A DNA stretch of 32,000 nt from Longivirga aurantiaca (GCF_042660085.1 NZ_JBHSTI010000008.1:1599876-1631875), one strand, 5' to 3'; positions 16,181 through 29,548 are shown, counted from the stretch's first letter. Made by a program: numbers and translations. Notes: generated by a model from the sequence alone, not told the origin.

Positions 16181-18733
16181 GTGCTGCGCGCCGCTCTCCG
16201 GTCCCTCCTGCAGCACAAGCTGCGGCTCTCGCTCACGCTGCTCGCCGTCGTCGTCGGCGTCGCGTTCGTGGCGGGCACCTACATCTTCACCGACTCCCTC
16301 AAGCGCTCCTTCGACGCGCTGTTCGACGCCCCGCAGCCCGACGTCGCCATCTCGGTCGACACCGGTGCGCAGACTGGCGGCCCCGGCGGCGGACCCGGCG
16401 GCCTCGACCAGGCGCCGACGATGCCGGGCTCGCTCGTGGACACCGTCGCCGGCGTCGACGGCGTGGCCGCGGCCTACGGCATCGTCTCGTCGGACGGCGC
16501 CCTCGTGATCGGCTCGGACGGGAAGGTCGTCGGCGAGAACGGCCCGCCGGCCCGGGGCACGACCTTCGTCGACGACCCCGCCATCTCCCCCCTGTCGATC
16601 GCATCGGGCCGGGCTCCCAACGGGCCGACCGAGGTCGCGCTGCTCGAGTCCACCGCCACGGCCGGCAAGGTCGGCATCGGCGACACGGTGAAGATCGACA
16701 CGCCCGCGGGGGGCCTCGTCGACCTGACGGTGGTCGGCATCGTGACCCGCGGCATCTCCGGCAGCGACGGCAGCACCCTCGCCGTGTTCGACCTGCCCAC
16801 CGCGCAGAAGCTGATGACCGGCAAGCCCGATCAGGTCACGAGCATCGCGGTGCGCGCCGAGCCCGGCGTCTCCCAGGATTCGCTCGCAGCCAGCATCGGC
16901 AAGGTCCTGCCCGAGGGCACGCGGACCCAGACCGGCGCCGAGCGCAGCGCCGACATCGCCGAACGGCTGTCCGAGGCCTTCCAGTTCATCAACACGTTCC
17001 TGCTCGCCTTCGCGTTCATCGCGCTCTTCGTCGCCGTGTTCCTTATCTTCAACACGTTCTCGATGCTGGTCGCCCAGCGCACGCGCGAGCTCGCGCTGCT
17101 GCGCGCGGTGGGCGCGAGCCGCGGCCAGGTGCGGCGCTCGGTCCTCGCGGAGGCTGGGGTGCTCGGTCTCCTCGCGGCGGTGCTCGGAGTGCTCGGCGGC
17201 ATCCTCGTCAGCCAGGGTCTTCGGCTCCTGCTCAAGGGGTTCGGCGCCGACCTGCCCTCCGGGCCGCTGGTCATCGAGCCGCGCACCATCGTCGTGTCGC
17301 TCGTGGTCGGCCTCGTGGTCACCCTGATCTCGGCGTACGTCCCCGCCCGGCGGGCGGGCATCGTGCCGCCGGTCGCGGCGATGCGCGACGAGATCGCGCT
17401 TCCCGTGCGATCGCTGCGCGTGCGCACCGCGATCGGAGCAGTTCTGCTCGCAGCATCCGCGCTCACGGCGTATCTGGGTCTGCGCGACACAGCCGACGGC
17501 GAGCGCGCCGCCAGCCTCGTGGGCGTCTCCGCCCTGTGCGGCCTCGTGGCGGTCATCGCGCTCGCGCCGATGATCGGCCGCGCGGTGCTGGTGGTGCTCG
17601 CCGCGCCGTTCTCCGGCACCACGATCGGACGGCTCGCCCGCGAGAACGGTCGGCGCAACCCTCGGCGCACCGCGGCAACCGCGAGCGCGCTCGCGATCGG
17701 TCTCGCCCTCATGAGCGCCATCGGCGTGATCGCGGCGTCGACGAAGGCGTCGGTGTCCGCCGTCATCGACGACACCATCGGCGCCGACTTCGTGGTGTTC
17801 GGCGTGAAGTTCCAGCCGTTCTCGCCCGACGTGTACGACGCCGTCAAGGACACGCCGGGCACACGCACGGTCACCTACGTGCGCCAGGTGCCGATCGAGG
17901 TCGAGGGCGACCGCACCGCCCTCACCGGTGTCGACCTCGAGAAGTTCACCGACGTCGTCGACCTCACCATGCAGAGCGGGAGCGAGATCCCGTCGCTCGG
18001 GCTCGGGCAGGCGATCGTCGATGACGTGACTGCGGCGGACCTGGGGCTGAAGGTCGGCGACTCCATCGCCGCCACCTTCGTCAACGGCGATTCCGAGCTC
18101 ACCCTGCGCGGCATCTACACAGCGGCCGGCCCCTACCAGGGCTGGATCACGGGTCTTGCCACCCTCGCCTCGATCGGCGCCCGCGAGCTCGACAGCGCGG
18201 TCTACATCCGGGCCGACGACGACGCCGACCTCGAGGAGGTCCGCACCACGCTCGACAGCGAGCTCGAGGCGTTCCCCACCGTCGCACTGCAGGACCAGGC
18301 GAGCCTCAAGGACCAGATCGACAGCCAGTTCGACCGCGTCTTCGGCTTCATCTACGCCCTGCTCGCGCTGGCGGTGATCGTCGCGTTCATCGGCATCGTC
18401 AACACCCTCGCCCTGTCCGTGCACGAGCGGCGGCGCGAGATAGGCCTGCTGCGGGCCGTCGGCACGTCACGCCCCCAGGTGCGCCGCATGGTCGTCCTCG
18501 AGGCGGTGATGATCTCGGTGTTCGGCGCGGCCCTCGGCGTCGTCCTCGGTGTCGTGTACGGCTCGCTGCTGCAGCGCGTGCTCGAGCCGCAGGGCGTCAC
18601 CGAGCTCGCGATCCCCGGCGGCCAGATCGGCTGGTTCCTCGCGCTCGCCGTGGTGGGCGGGTTCGTGGCGGCGCTGTGGCCGGCGGTCACCGCGAGCCGC
18701 CTCGACGTGCTGCGCGCCATCGCCACCGAGTAG
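16181..18733 (+). CDS. ABC transporter permease, FtsX/MacB-type with duplicated FtsX domains
   Basis: 850 aa, starting 4 nt after the ATPase gene. It has two FtsX-like TM bundles, each followed by the RELALLRAVGASRGQV / REIGLLRAVGTSRPQV motif, and large extracytoplasmic domains. Confidence 0.9.
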   Translation: MLRAALRSLLQHKLRLSLTLLAVVVGVAFVAGTYIFTDSLKRSFDALFDAPQPDVAISVDTGAQTGGPGGGPGGLDQAPTMPGSLVDTVAGVDGVAAAYGIVSSDGALVIGSDGKVVGENGPPARGTTFVDDPAISPLSIASGRAPNGPTEVALLESTATAGKVGIGDTVKIDTPAGGLVDLTVVGIVTRGISGSDGSTLAVFDLPTAQKLMTGKPDQVTSIAVRAEPGVSQDSLAASIGKVLPEGTRTQTGAERSADIAERLSEAFQFINTFLLAFAFIALFVAVFLIFNTFSMLVAQRTRELALLRAVGASRGQVRRSVLAEAGVLGLLAAVLGVLGGILVSQGLRLLLKGFGADLPSGPLVIEPRTIVVSLVVGLVVTLISAYVPARRAGIVPPVAAMRDEIALPVRSLRVRTAIGAVLLAASALTAYLGLRDTADGERAASLVGVSALCGLVAVIALAPMIGRAVLVVLAAPFSGTTIGRLARENGRRNPRRTAATASALAIGLALMSAIGVIAASTKASVSAVIDDTIGADFVVFGVKFQPFSPDVYDAVKDTPGTRTVTYVRQVPIEVEGDRTALTGVDLEKFTDVVDLTMQSGSEIPSLGLGQAIVDDVTAADLGLKVGDSIAATFVNGDSELTLRGIYTAAGPYQGWITGLATLASIGARELDSAVYIRADDDADLEEVRTTLDSELEAFPTVALQDQASLKDQIDSQFDRVFGFIYALLALAVIVAFIGIVNTLALSVHERRREIGLLRAVGTSRPQVRRMVVLEAVMISVFGAALGVVLGVVYGSLLQRVLEPQGVTELAIPGGQIGWFLALAVVGGFVAALWPAVTASRLDVLRAIATE

Positions 18734-18746
18734 CCGCGGCCGGGTG

Positions 18747-19432
18747 TCAGGCCCGGGAGGACCAGACGTGCGACCACTCGCCGAGGAGCGCGGGGGTCAC
18801 CTGCTCGAGCGACTCGACCACGTGCAGGCCGTCGGTGCCCTCGATCGGCACCAGCGACGGGACCGCCACGACGAGCGCGCCGCTGGCGATGCCCGCGGCC
18901 ACACCGGTGTGCGAGTCCTCGAGCACCACGCAGCGGGACGGCTCGACGCCCATCCGTTCCGCGGCGAGGAGGTACGGGTCGGGGAACGGCTTGGTGCGCT
19001 CGCCCTCGTCACCCGCGACCGAGGTGGCGAACATCTCGTGCCCGACCTCGTGCAGCACCGAGTCGTGGACGGCCTCGACGAGGCGGCGCCAGGACGCCGA
19101 CACCAGCGCGCACGGCACGCCGGCGTCCTCGAGGGCGAGCAGGAGCTCCCGCGCCCCGGGGCACCACTCGACGGGCCGGGTGCGCAGATTGCGCTCCATC
19201 GTGTCGAGCAGCAGCGCCATCATCGCCCCGTGCGTGAGGGCGCCCTCGGTGTGCCGCACCATGTAGTCGACCGCCGCCTCGAGCGGGCCGCCGACGAGCT
19301 CGGCCTGGTGCTCGGGGCCCCAGTCGACGTCGAGCGCGGACATGATCTCCGCCTCGGCGTCGTACCAGAGCTCCTCGGTCATCACGAGCGTGCCGTCCAT
19401 GTCGAACATGACCGCGTCGGGCAGGTGGCTGC

Positions 19433-19436
<4 letters not shown>
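18747..19436 (-). CDS. HAD-superfamily hydrolase/phosphatase (subfamily IA-like)
   Basis: 229 aa. HAD motif I is FDMDGTLV. Later motifs are LVSAS, K-PFPDPY and LEDSHTGVAAG. Its ATG overlaps the metH stop (ATGA at 19433-19436). Confidence 0.85.
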
Positions 19437-22957
<3,521 letters not shown>

Positions 22958-22966
22958 GGTGAGGCA

Positions 22967-22972
22967 AGCCTA
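22967..22972 (-). promoter_or_regulatory. -10 box TAGGCT, 9 nt upstream of the metH ATG (leaderless or 2-3 nt leader)
   Basis: The minus strand reads ccgaTAGGCTtgcctcaccATG. Confidence 0.3.
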
Positions 22973-23040
22973 TCGGCGTCGCGGGTGGGCCACTCGGCGG
23001 CTACTCGCGTGCCGAGGGCGCGGCGGCGGCGCCGCGGGCG

Positions 23041-23046
23041 TAGGTT
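23041..23046 (+). promoter_or_regulatory. -10 box TAGGTT upstream of the PAC2-family gene (short leader with GGAGG)
   Basis: gcgTAGGTTggcgggatccccGGAGGacggggccGTG. Confidence 0.35.
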
Positions 23047-23071
23047 GGCGGGATCCCCGGAGGACGGGGCC

Positions 23072-23962
23072 GTGCGATGCAAGGAGCGAGGGGCGCCGGT
23101 GATCGACTTCGAGGGTCTGCCCGAGGCGCTGCCCGATCTCGTCGACCCCGTCATGCTCTGCGCCTTCGAGGGCTGGAACGACGCCGGCGACGCCGCGAGC
23201 GGGGCCGTGCTCCACCTCGAGGAGGTCTGGGGCGCCACCCAGATCGCCGAGATCGACCCCGAGGACTACTACGACTTCCAGGTGAACCGCCCCGAGGTCG
23301 TCTTCGAGGAGGGCAAGCGCCAGGTCGTCTGGCCCACCACGCGCATCTCCGTGGCCCGCATCCCGCTCGCGACCCGCGACGTCGTGCTCGTGCACGGCAT
23401 CGAGCCGTCGATGCGCTGGCGTGCCTTCACCGCCGAGCTGCTCGGCGCCGCCCGCGACCTCGGCGTCGAGATGGTGGTGACGCTCGGCGCGCTCCTGGCC
23501 GACTCCCCCCACACCCGCCCCGTCCCGGTGAGCGGCACCTCGAGCGACCCGGACATCGCGCTGCGGATGGGCTACGAGCCGTCGTCGTACGAGGGGCCCA
23601 CCGGCATCGTCGGCGTACTGCAGGACGCCTGCACCACCGCGGGCATCCCGGCCGTGTCGCTCTGGGCCGCCGTCCCCCACTACGTCGCGCAGCCGCCCCA
23701 CCCGAAGGCCACGCTGGCGCTGCTCGGACGCATCGAGGACCTCCTCGACGTCCCCGTGCCGCTCGGCGACCTCCCCGAGGAGGCCAAGGCCTGGCAGATC
23801 GGCGTCGACGAGCTCGCGAGCGAGGACGACGAGATCGCGGCGTACGTGCGCACGCTCGAGGAGGCCGTCGACACCGCCGAGCTCCCCGAGGCCAGCGGCG
23901 ACGCCATCGCGCGCGAGTTCGAGCGCTACCTCCGTCGTCGCAACGTCGAGCCCCCGAAGTAG
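23072..23962 (+). CDS. PAC2 (proteasome assembly chaperone 2-like) family protein
   Basis: The core reads LVDPVMLCAFEGWNDAGDAASGAV...VLVHGIEPSMRW...PTGIVGVL, as in actinobacterial PAC2-family proteins. I chose the GTG at 23072 because GGAGG lies 8 nt upstream. The GTG at 23099 is an alternative. Confidence 0.8.
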   Translation: MRCKERGAPVIDFEGLPEALPDLVDPVMLCAFEGWNDAGDAASGAVLHLEEVWGATQIAEIDPEDYYDFQVNRPEVVFEEGKRQVVWPTTRISVARIPLATRDVVLVHGIEPSMRWRAFTAELLGAARDLGVEMVVTLGALLADSPHTRPVPVSGTSSDPDIALRMGYEPSSYEGPTGIVGVLQDACTTAGIPAVSLWAAVPHYVAQPPHPKATLALLGRIEDLLDVPVPLGDLPEEAKAWQIGVDELASEDDEIAAYVRTLEEAVDTAELPEASGDAIAREFERYLRRRNVEPPK

Positions 23963-23963
23963 C

Positions 23964-24017
23964 CCGATTCGGTAGTGGGAAGTCGCGCTCCACCGCGACT
24001 TCCCACTACCGAATCGG
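23964..24017. terminator. Perfect 24-bp stem / 6-nt loop hairpin between convergent genes (PAC2-family gene and pgi); likely a bidirectional, U-tract-less terminator
   Basis: CCGATTCGGTAGTGGGAAGTCGCG-CTCCAC-CGCGACTTCCCACTACCGAATCGG. All 24 pairs were checked by hand. It fills almost the whole 57-nt gap. Confidence 0.6.
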
Positions 24018-24019
24018 CG

Positions 24020-25669
24020 TCACCGGCCGCGGAGGCTGCGGTAGCGCAGGGCGAGCGCAGCAGTGCTCGGGTCGAAGTGCGACAAGTCGGGCAGCTCGTC
24101 GGCGGTGAGCGCGGGCAGCAGCTGCCCGGCCATGACCTTGCCGAGCTCGACGCCCCACTGGTCGAACGGGTTCACGCCCCAGACCACGCCCTGCGCGAGA
24201 ACGAGGTGCTCGTACAGCGCGACGAGCGAGCCGAGGGCGTACGGCGAGAGCCGGTCGAGCATCAGCGTGGTCGACGGGCGGTTGCCCGGCATGACCTTGT
24301 GCTCGACGAGGTCGTCGGCGACGCCGTCCGCGCGCACCTCGTCGGCCGTGCGGCCGAAGGCGAGCACGTGTGCCTGCGCGAGGACGTTCGAGATCAGCTT
24401 GTCGTGGTGGTCGCCGACGCCGTTGACGGGCTGGGCGAACAGGATGAAGTCGCTCGGCACGAGCGTCGTGCCCTGGTGCAGCAGCTGGTAGAACGAGTGC
24501 TGCCCGTTGGTGCCGGGCTCGCCCCACCAGATCGCACCGGTGTCGACGCCCACGGGGTCGCCGTCGATCGTCACGCGCTTGCCGTTGCTCTCCATCGTGA
24601 GCTGCTGCAGGTACGCCGGGAACCGCTCGAGGTACTGCTCGTACGGCAGCACGGCGTGCGTCTGCGCACCGAAGAAGTCGCGGTACCAGACGCCGAGCAG
24701 CCCCATGAGCACGGGCAGGTTGCGGTCGAGGTCCGTGTGCCGGAAGTGCTCGTCCACGGCGTGGAATCCCGCGAGCAGGTCGCGGTACGCGTCCGCACCG
24801 ATGGCGAGCATCAGCGAGAGCCCGATGGCGGAGTCCATCGAGTAGCGGCCGCCGACCCACTCCCAGAAGCCGAACATGTTGGCGGTGTCGATCCCGAACT
24901 TCTCGACCTCGCCGGCGTTGGTCGAGACGGCCACGAAGTGCTTGGAGACGTCGGCGTCCGGGCCGAGGCCCGAGAGCAGCCAGCCGCGCGCGGTGAACGC
25001 GTTGGTCATGGTCTCCTGCGTCGTGAATGTCTTGCTCGACACGATGAACAGGGTCTCGGCGGGGTCGAGGTCCTGGGTGGCCTCGACGATGTCGGTGCCG
25101 TCGACGTTGGACACGAACCGGAAGTCGATGTCGCGCCTCGACTGGTGCCGGAGCGCGCGGTAGGCCATGACCGGACCGAGGTCCGAGCCGCCGATGCCGA
25201 TGTTGACCACGGCCCGGATCGGCTTACCGGTGCTGCCGAGCCACTCGTCCCCGCGGACGCGGTCGCAGAACGCCTCCATCCGGTCGAGCACCGCGTGCAC
25301 CTCGGCGACGACGTCGACGCCGTCCACGACGAGGCTCTCGCCCCGCGGGATCCGCAGCGCAGTGTGCAGAACCGAGCGGTTCTCGGTGGTGTTGATGCGC
25401 GCGCCGGAGAACATGGCGTCGATGCGGGCCGGCAGGCCCCGCTCCTCGGCGAGAGACACGAGCAGCCGCAGCGTCTCGTCGGTCGCACGGTGCTTGGAGA
25501 GGTCGGCGTGGATCCCGGCGGCGTCGAGGGACATCCGGGTCGGACGTCCGGGCTCGGCCCCGAACAGCTCGCGGATGGTCCGGCCGCCGATCTCCGCGTG
25601 GTGCGCGCTCAGCGCCGCCCACGCCGGTGAGGCCATCACCGGCCCCTGCTCGGTGCGCCACTCCTGCAT
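24020..25669 (-). CDS. pgi: Glucose-6-phosphate isomerase
   Basis: About 549 aa. Typical Pgi blocks are present ([44 protein letters not shown]). I chose the ATG at 25669 because GGAGGG lies 8 nt upstream. The track start at 25678 is 3 codons longer. Confidence 0.93.
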   Translation of the reverse strand: MQEWRTEQGPVMASPAWAALSAHHAEIGGRTIRELFGAEPGRPTRMSLDAAGIHADLSKHRATDETLRLLVSLAEERGLPARIDAMFSGARINTTENRSVLHTALRIPRGESLVVDGVDVVAEVHAVLDRMEAFCDRVRGDEWLGSTGKPIRAVVNIGIGGSDLGPVMAYRALRHQSRRDIDFRFVSNVDGTDIVEATQDLDPAETLFIVSSKTFTTQETMTNAFTARGWLLSGLGPDADVSKHFVAVSTNAGEVEKFGIDTANMFGFWEWVGGRYSMDSAIGLSLMLAIGADAYRDLLAGFHAVDEHFRHTDLDRNLPVLMGLLGVWYRDFFGAQTHAVLPYEQYLERFPAYLQQLTMESNGKRVTIDGDPVGVDTGAIWWGEPGTNGQHSFYQLLHQGTTLVPSDFILFAQPVNGVGDHHDKLISNVLAQAHVLAFGRTADEVRADGVADDLVEHKVMPGNRPSTTLMLDRLSPYALGSLVALYEHLVLAQGVVWGVNPFDQWGVELGKVMAGQLLPALTADELPDLSHFDPSTAALALRYRSLRGR

Positions 25670-25714
25670 CGTCTCCACCCTCCACCACTGCCAAGGCGGC
25701 CGATCGCGGTCCCC

Positions 25715-25720
25715 TAGGCT
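25715..25720 (+). promoter_or_regulatory. Candidate -10 box TAGGCT for the 6PGDH gene
   Basis: ccccTAGGCTccttcc. It is 10 nt away from, and divergent to, the pgi -10 box. Confidence 0.3.
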
Positions 25721-25729
25721 CCTTCCACG

Positions 25730-25735
25730 ACCCTA
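25730..25735 (-). promoter_or_regulatory. -10 box TAGGGT for pgi (about 55-nt leader with GGAGGG Shine-Dalgarno)
   Basis: The minus strand reads ctcggTAGGGTcgtgg. It lies back-to-back with the gnd-side TAGGCT box. Confidence 0.35.
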
Positions 25736-25786
25736 CCGAGCGCGGCCATGCGCCCGGACCCCGCACGCACGACGAAGGGCATGACG

Positions 25787-26821
25787 ATGGCCACGGACAC
25801 CCCCCTGCAGATCGGCATGGTCGGGCTCGGCCGCATGGGTGCGGGACTCGTGCGCCGGCTCATGCGCGACGGCCACTCCTGCGTGGTGTACGACGTCAAC
25901 CCCGACGCCGTGGCGGCGCTGGTGGCCGACGGCGCCACCGGCGCCGACTCGTATGCCGACCTCGCGGGCAAGCTCGAGGGCCCGCGGACGGTCTGGATCA
26001 TGGTGCCGGCGGGTGAGATCACCGAGTCGACCGTGACCAGCGTGGCCGAGCACCTGTCCGCAGGCGACGCGATCATCGACGGAGGCAACTCCTACTACCG
26101 CGACGACATCCGGCGTGCGGCAGAGCTCGGCGCGAAGGGGATCCACTACCTCGACGTCGGAACGTCCGGCGGCGTCTACGGCCTCGAGCGCGGCTTCTGC
26201 CTGATGCTCGGCGGTGATGCCGGAGCGGTGACACGCCTCGCCCCGCTCTGGCGCACGATCTCCCCCGGCGTCGAGACCGCCCCGCGCACGCCGGGCCGCA
26301 CGGGCGACATCGCACCCGAGGAGGAGGGCTGGCTGCACTGCGGTCCTGCCGGCGCCGGCCACTTCGTGAAGATGGTGCACAACGGCATCGAGTACGGCGC
26401 CATGGCGGCGTACGCCGAGGGTCTCAACATCCTGGCCAACGCGAACGAGGGCCTGCGCACCCGCGCGCAGGACGCCGAGACCGCGCCGCTCGACCACCCC
26501 GAGTTCTACTCGTACGAGATCGACATCCCGGCGGTCACGGAGGTGTGGCGCCGCGGTTCCGTCGTCGCGTCCTGGCTGCTCGACCTCACCGCCGCCGCCC
26601 TGGTCGAGTCCCCGCAGCTCGAGGAGTTCTCCGGCCGCGTGTCCGACTCGGGCGAGGGCCGCTGGACGGCCATCGCCGCGATCGAGGAGGGCGTGCCCGC
26701 CCCGGTGCTCACGGCCGCGCTCTACCAGCGCTTCTCGAGCCGCGGGAACGCGACGTACGGCGACAAGGTGCTGTCGGCCATGCGCAAGCAGTTCGGCGGC
26801 CACCACGAGAAGAAGGACTGA
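25787..26821 (+). CDS. gnd: 6-phosphogluconate dehydrogenase, short (about 340 aa) decarboxylating-type
   Basis: The Rossmann N-terminus is IGMVGLGRMG. Also present are GGNSYY and GPAGAGHFVKMVHNGIEYG. The start is ambiguous (ATG at 25748, 25781 or 25787). I chose 25787 because GAAGGG lies 7 nt upstream. Confidence 0.88.
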   Translation: MATDTPLQIGMVGLGRMGAGLVRRLMRDGHSCVVYDVNPDAVAALVADGATGADSYADLAGKLEGPRTVWIMVPAGEITESTVTSVAEHLSAGDAIIDGGNSYYRDDIRRAAELGAKGIHYLDVGTSGGVYGLERGFCLMLGGDAGAVTRLAPLWRTISPGVETAPRTPGRTGDIAPEEEGWLHCGPAGAGHFVKMVHNGIEYGAMAAYAEGLNILANANEGLRTRAQDAETAPLDHPEFYSYEIDIPAVTEVWRRGSVVASWLLDLTAAALVESPQLEEFSGRVSDSGEGRWTAIAAIEEGVPAPVLTAALYQRFSSRGNATYGDKVLSAMRKQFGGHHEKKD

Positions 26822-26850
26822 CCGGGCGCGAGGAGACCGTCCGCGTCGAG

Positions 26851-28089
26851 TCAGAGGGTGACGCCGAGGAGCGCCTCGGCCAGGTCGCGGACGACCGGAC
26901 CGGCGGTGGCGTCCTCGTGGCCCGCAGCGCCTCCGCGCAGCCGGGCGGCCTCGGCCCAGCGGTCGATCGCCGCGAGCGCGCCGGGGGCGTCGAGGTCGTC
27001 GGCGAGGCAGGCCCGCACCTCCGAGAGCACGTCCCCCGCCGGTGCGGCCTGCGGCGCAGCCACGGCGTCGCGCCAGGCCGCCAGCCGGGCGACGGCCTCG
27101 TCCAGCCCGGCCTCGGTCCAGTCCCAGTCGGTGCGGTAGTGGTGCGCCAGGATGGCGAGCCGGATGGCCGACGGGTCGGTGCCGGCGAGGCGCAGCTTCG
27201 AGACGAACGCGAGGTTGCCCCGCGACTTGCTCATCTTCTCGCCGTCGAGACGCACCATGGCGGAGTGCGTGTAGTGGCGCGCGTAGGGCCAGACGCCCGT
27301 GGCGACATGCGCCTCCGAGGCACCCATCTCGTGGTGCGGGAAGGCGAGGTCGCTGCCGCCGCCCTGCACGTCGAGCGGCGACGCGAGGTGGTCGAGGGCG
27401 ATCGCCGTGCACTCGATGTGCCAGCCCGGGCGCCCTCGGCCGAACGGGCTGTCCCACGACGGCTCGCCCGGGCGCTCGAGCTGCCACAGGAGGCAGTCGA
27501 GCGGGTGCTGCTTGCCCGCGCGGTCGGGGTCGCCCCCGCGCTCGGCGAAGATCTCGAGCATGCGGTCCTCGGACAGCCCGGCGACGGACCCGAACCGCTC
27601 GTCGGCGTGCACGCGGAAGTAGAGGTCGCCGTCGACGGAGTACACGGCACCGGCCGACTGCAGCTTCTCGATGTACGAGATCACGGCGGGGATCGATTCC
27701 ACCGCGCCGATGTAGTGCTTCGGCGGGAGGACGTGCAGAGCGGCCATGTCCTCGCGGAAGAGCTGGGTCTCGCGGTCGGCGAGCACCATCCAGTCGTCGC
27801 CCGTCTCGAGCGCGCGGGCGAGGAGCGGGTCGTCGACGTCGGTCACGTTCTGCACGTAGTCCACGTCGTGCCCTGCGTCGAGCCACACCCGCTGGACGAG
27901 GTCGAACGTGACGTAGGTGGCCGCGTGGCCCATGTGCGTCGCGTCGTACGGCGTGATGCCGCAGACGTAGATCCGGGCGACCGGACCGGGCGCGGTGGCG
28001 CGGACCTCGCCGGTTGCGGTGTCGTGCAGCCGGAGCGCGAGACCCTTCCCCGGCAACGACGGGACTGAGGGTGCGGGCCACGCGTGCAT
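26851..28089 (-). CDS. mshC: L-cysteine:GlcN-Ins ligase MshC (mycothiol biosynthesis; CysRS paralogue)
   Basis: 412 aa. The class-I aaRS motifs are HMGH (HIGH-like) and KMSKS. The protein is short for a CysRS. The N-terminus [13 protein letters not shown] is typical of MshC rather than CysS. Confidence 0.88.
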   Translation of the reverse strand: MHAWPAPSVPSLPGKGLALRLHDTATGEVRATAPGPVARIYVCGITPYDATHMGHAATYVTFDLVQRVWLDAGHDVDYVQNVTDVDDPLLARALETGDDWMVLADRETQLFREDMAALHVLPPKHYIGAVESIPAVISYIEKLQSAGAVYSVDGDLYFRVHADERFGSVAGLSEDRMLEIFAERGGDPDRAGKQHPLDCLLWQLERPGEPSWDSPFGRGRPGWHIECTAIALDHLASPLDVQGGGSDLAFPHHEMGASEAHVATGVWPYARHYTHSAMVRLDGEKMSKSRGNLAFVSKLRLAGTDPSAIRLAILAHHYRTDWDWTEAGLDEAVARLAAWRDAVAAPQAAPAGDVLSEVRACLADDLDAPGALAAIDRWAEAARLRGGAAGHEDATAGPVVRDLAEALLGVTL

Positions 28090-28096
28090 GGGCGCG

Positions 28097-28102
28097 ATCC
28101 TA
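28097..28102 (-). promoter_or_regulatory. -10 box TAGGAT, 7 nt upstream of the mshC ATG (leaderless candidate)
   Basis: The minus strand reads ggcaTAGGATcgcgcccATG. Confidence 0.4.
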
Positions 28103-28152
28103 TGCCGAACGCCTGGCCGGGAAGCCCTGGAGGTGTCCCGGCGGTCCGGACG

Positions 28153-28980
28153 TCAGAACGCGGGCCAGGGAAGCGACGGCCAGCCGTCGCCGGGGAGCGG
28201 GAACGCGCCCTCCCGGATGCGCCGCATCACCCGTTGCTGGGTGCGTGCCAGCTCCTTGCGCGTGAGCAGCTCCGACAGCTCGCCCCCGAGCTCCCCCTCG
28301 AGCCGGTCGAGCAGGCGGTCGAGGTCGTCGTCGAGCCCGTCGTCGAGCGCGTTCCCCGCCCAGCCCCACAGCACCGTGCGCAGCTTGTCGTCCTCGCTGA
28401 ACGAGACGCCGTGGTCGACGCCGTACGTGCCGAGCGGGGCCTCGGGCTGCACACGGCCCCGGAGCACGTGGCCGCCCTTGCGGTCCGCGTTGTTCACGAC
28501 CGAGTCGAACACGCACATCCGGCGCAGGTCGGCGTCGTCCGCGTGCACGAGGGTCACCGGTCGCCCGCCGTCGCCGTGCGCATCGATCACCTCGAGCCAG
28601 CCGGACGGGGTGGAGCCGCGGTCGACGACGTCGACGAGCCCTCCCCCTGGCTCCATCTCGCCGCCGCCGTCGGGCGTGACCCAGGCCTGCGCCATGCCGC
28701 CGCCGTACGGACCGGTCTCGCGCCAGACGGTCGGCGGCACGACGTCCCACCCCAGGGCCTCGCTGACGAGGTACGCCGCGACCTCGCGCATGCCGAGCGT
28801 GCCCTCGGGGAAGTCCCAGAGCGGGCGCTCGCCGGCCGTGGGCTTGTAGACGCAGGTCAGCTCGACGCCGTCGAGGGCGCAGACCGTGAGGAGGGTGGCG
28901 TTGCTGGCGTCGACGAGCCGTCCCTGCACCGTGAGCTCGCCGTGGGTCAGAACCTCGCGGAGCTCGTCCGTCGTGAGCAT
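28153..28980 (-). CDS. SCO1664-family protein (PI3/PI4-kinase-like fold), function unknown
   Basis: 275 aa from the ATG at 28980. The conserved block is VYKPTAGERPLWDFPEGTLGMREVAAYLVSEALGW. A catalytic-loop-like NNADRKGGH and a DFG-like GVDHG are present. The start lies 4 nt after the DUF3090 stop. Confidence 0.8.
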   Translation of the reverse strand: MLTTDELREVLTHGELTVQGRLVDASNATLLTVCALDGVELTCVYKPTAGERPLWDFPEGTLGMREVAAYLVSEALGWDVVPPTVWRETGPYGGGMAQAWVTPDGGGEMEPGGGLVDVVDRGSTPSGWLEVIDAHGDGGRPVTLVHADDADLRRMCVFDSVVNNADRKGGHVLRGRVQPEAPLGTYGVDHGVSFSEDDKLRTVLWGWAGNALDDGLDDDLDRLLDRLEGELGGELSELLTRKELARTQQRVMRRIREGAFPLPGDGWPSLPWPAF

Positions 28981-28984
28981 GGCG

Positions 28985-29542
28985 TCAGCGTCGGTAGCCG
29001 TTGGCGCGCGGGCAGATGTGCCCGCCGGGCTCGAGCGGGAGGTTGCAGAACGGGCACGGCGGCCGACCCGCGGCGACGACCGACAGGGCCCGCTTGCAGA
29101 ACGCACGTGCCTGCGCGCCGGACAGGCGCACGCGCAGGACGGCCGGCCCCTCCTCCGGGTCCTCCTCGAGGTCCGGCACGTCGTCCTCGTCCTCGACCAC
29201 CTCGTGCGCCTCGATGATCAGGAGCTCGGTGTCGCCGTTCCAGCCGAGGCCCATGGCCCCGACCCGGAACTCCTCGGTGACCGGCACGTCGAGAGGGTCG
29301 AGGTCGTCGCTGCCGATCGGCGCGGTCGCGGGCACGGAGGCCTCGCCGCCCGTGCGGCGCACCACCTCGTCGAGGAGCGCGTCGACCCGCTCGGCCAGCA
29401 CCTGCACCTGGGTCTTCTCCAGGGCGACCGACACGACCCGGGCGCCGTCCCGCGCCTGCAGGTAGAACTGCCGCTCACCGGGTTGCCCGACGGTGCCGGC
29501 CACGAAGCGGTCCGGCTGGTCGAAGAGGTGTACCTGGCGCAC
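28985..29542 (-). CDS. DUF3090-family protein, function unknown
   Basis: 185 aa with a GTG start. The N-terminus is FDQPDRFVAGTVGQPGERQFYLQAR, followed by an acidic linker. The C-terminus is a Cys/His knuckle (CPFCNLPLEPGGHICPRANGYRR). Confidence 0.8.
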   Translation of the reverse strand: MRQVHLFDQPDRFVAGTVGQPGERQFYLQARDGARVVSVALEKTQVQVLAERVDALLDEVVRRTGGEASVPATAPIGSDDLDPLDVPVTEEFRVGAMGLGWNGDTELLIIEAHEVVEDEDDVPDLEEDPEEGPAVLRVRLSGAQARAFCKRALSVVAAGRPPCPFCNLPLEPGGHICPRANGYRR

Positions 29543-29548
29543 ATCGCG

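Noticed and set aside
16037-18424. 795-aa minus-strand ORF opposite the ABC permease
   Set aside because: It is antisense to a well-supported FtsX-type permease with clear TM/FtsX repeats. Its translation is low-complexity.
22958-23071. Possible cobalamin or SAM riboswitch upstream of metH
   Set aside because: The candidate -10 box lies only 9 nt from the metH ATG, so there is essentially no 5' leader to fold. The 114-nt spacer is also shared with the divergent PAC2-family promoter. I saw no B12-box-like sequence.
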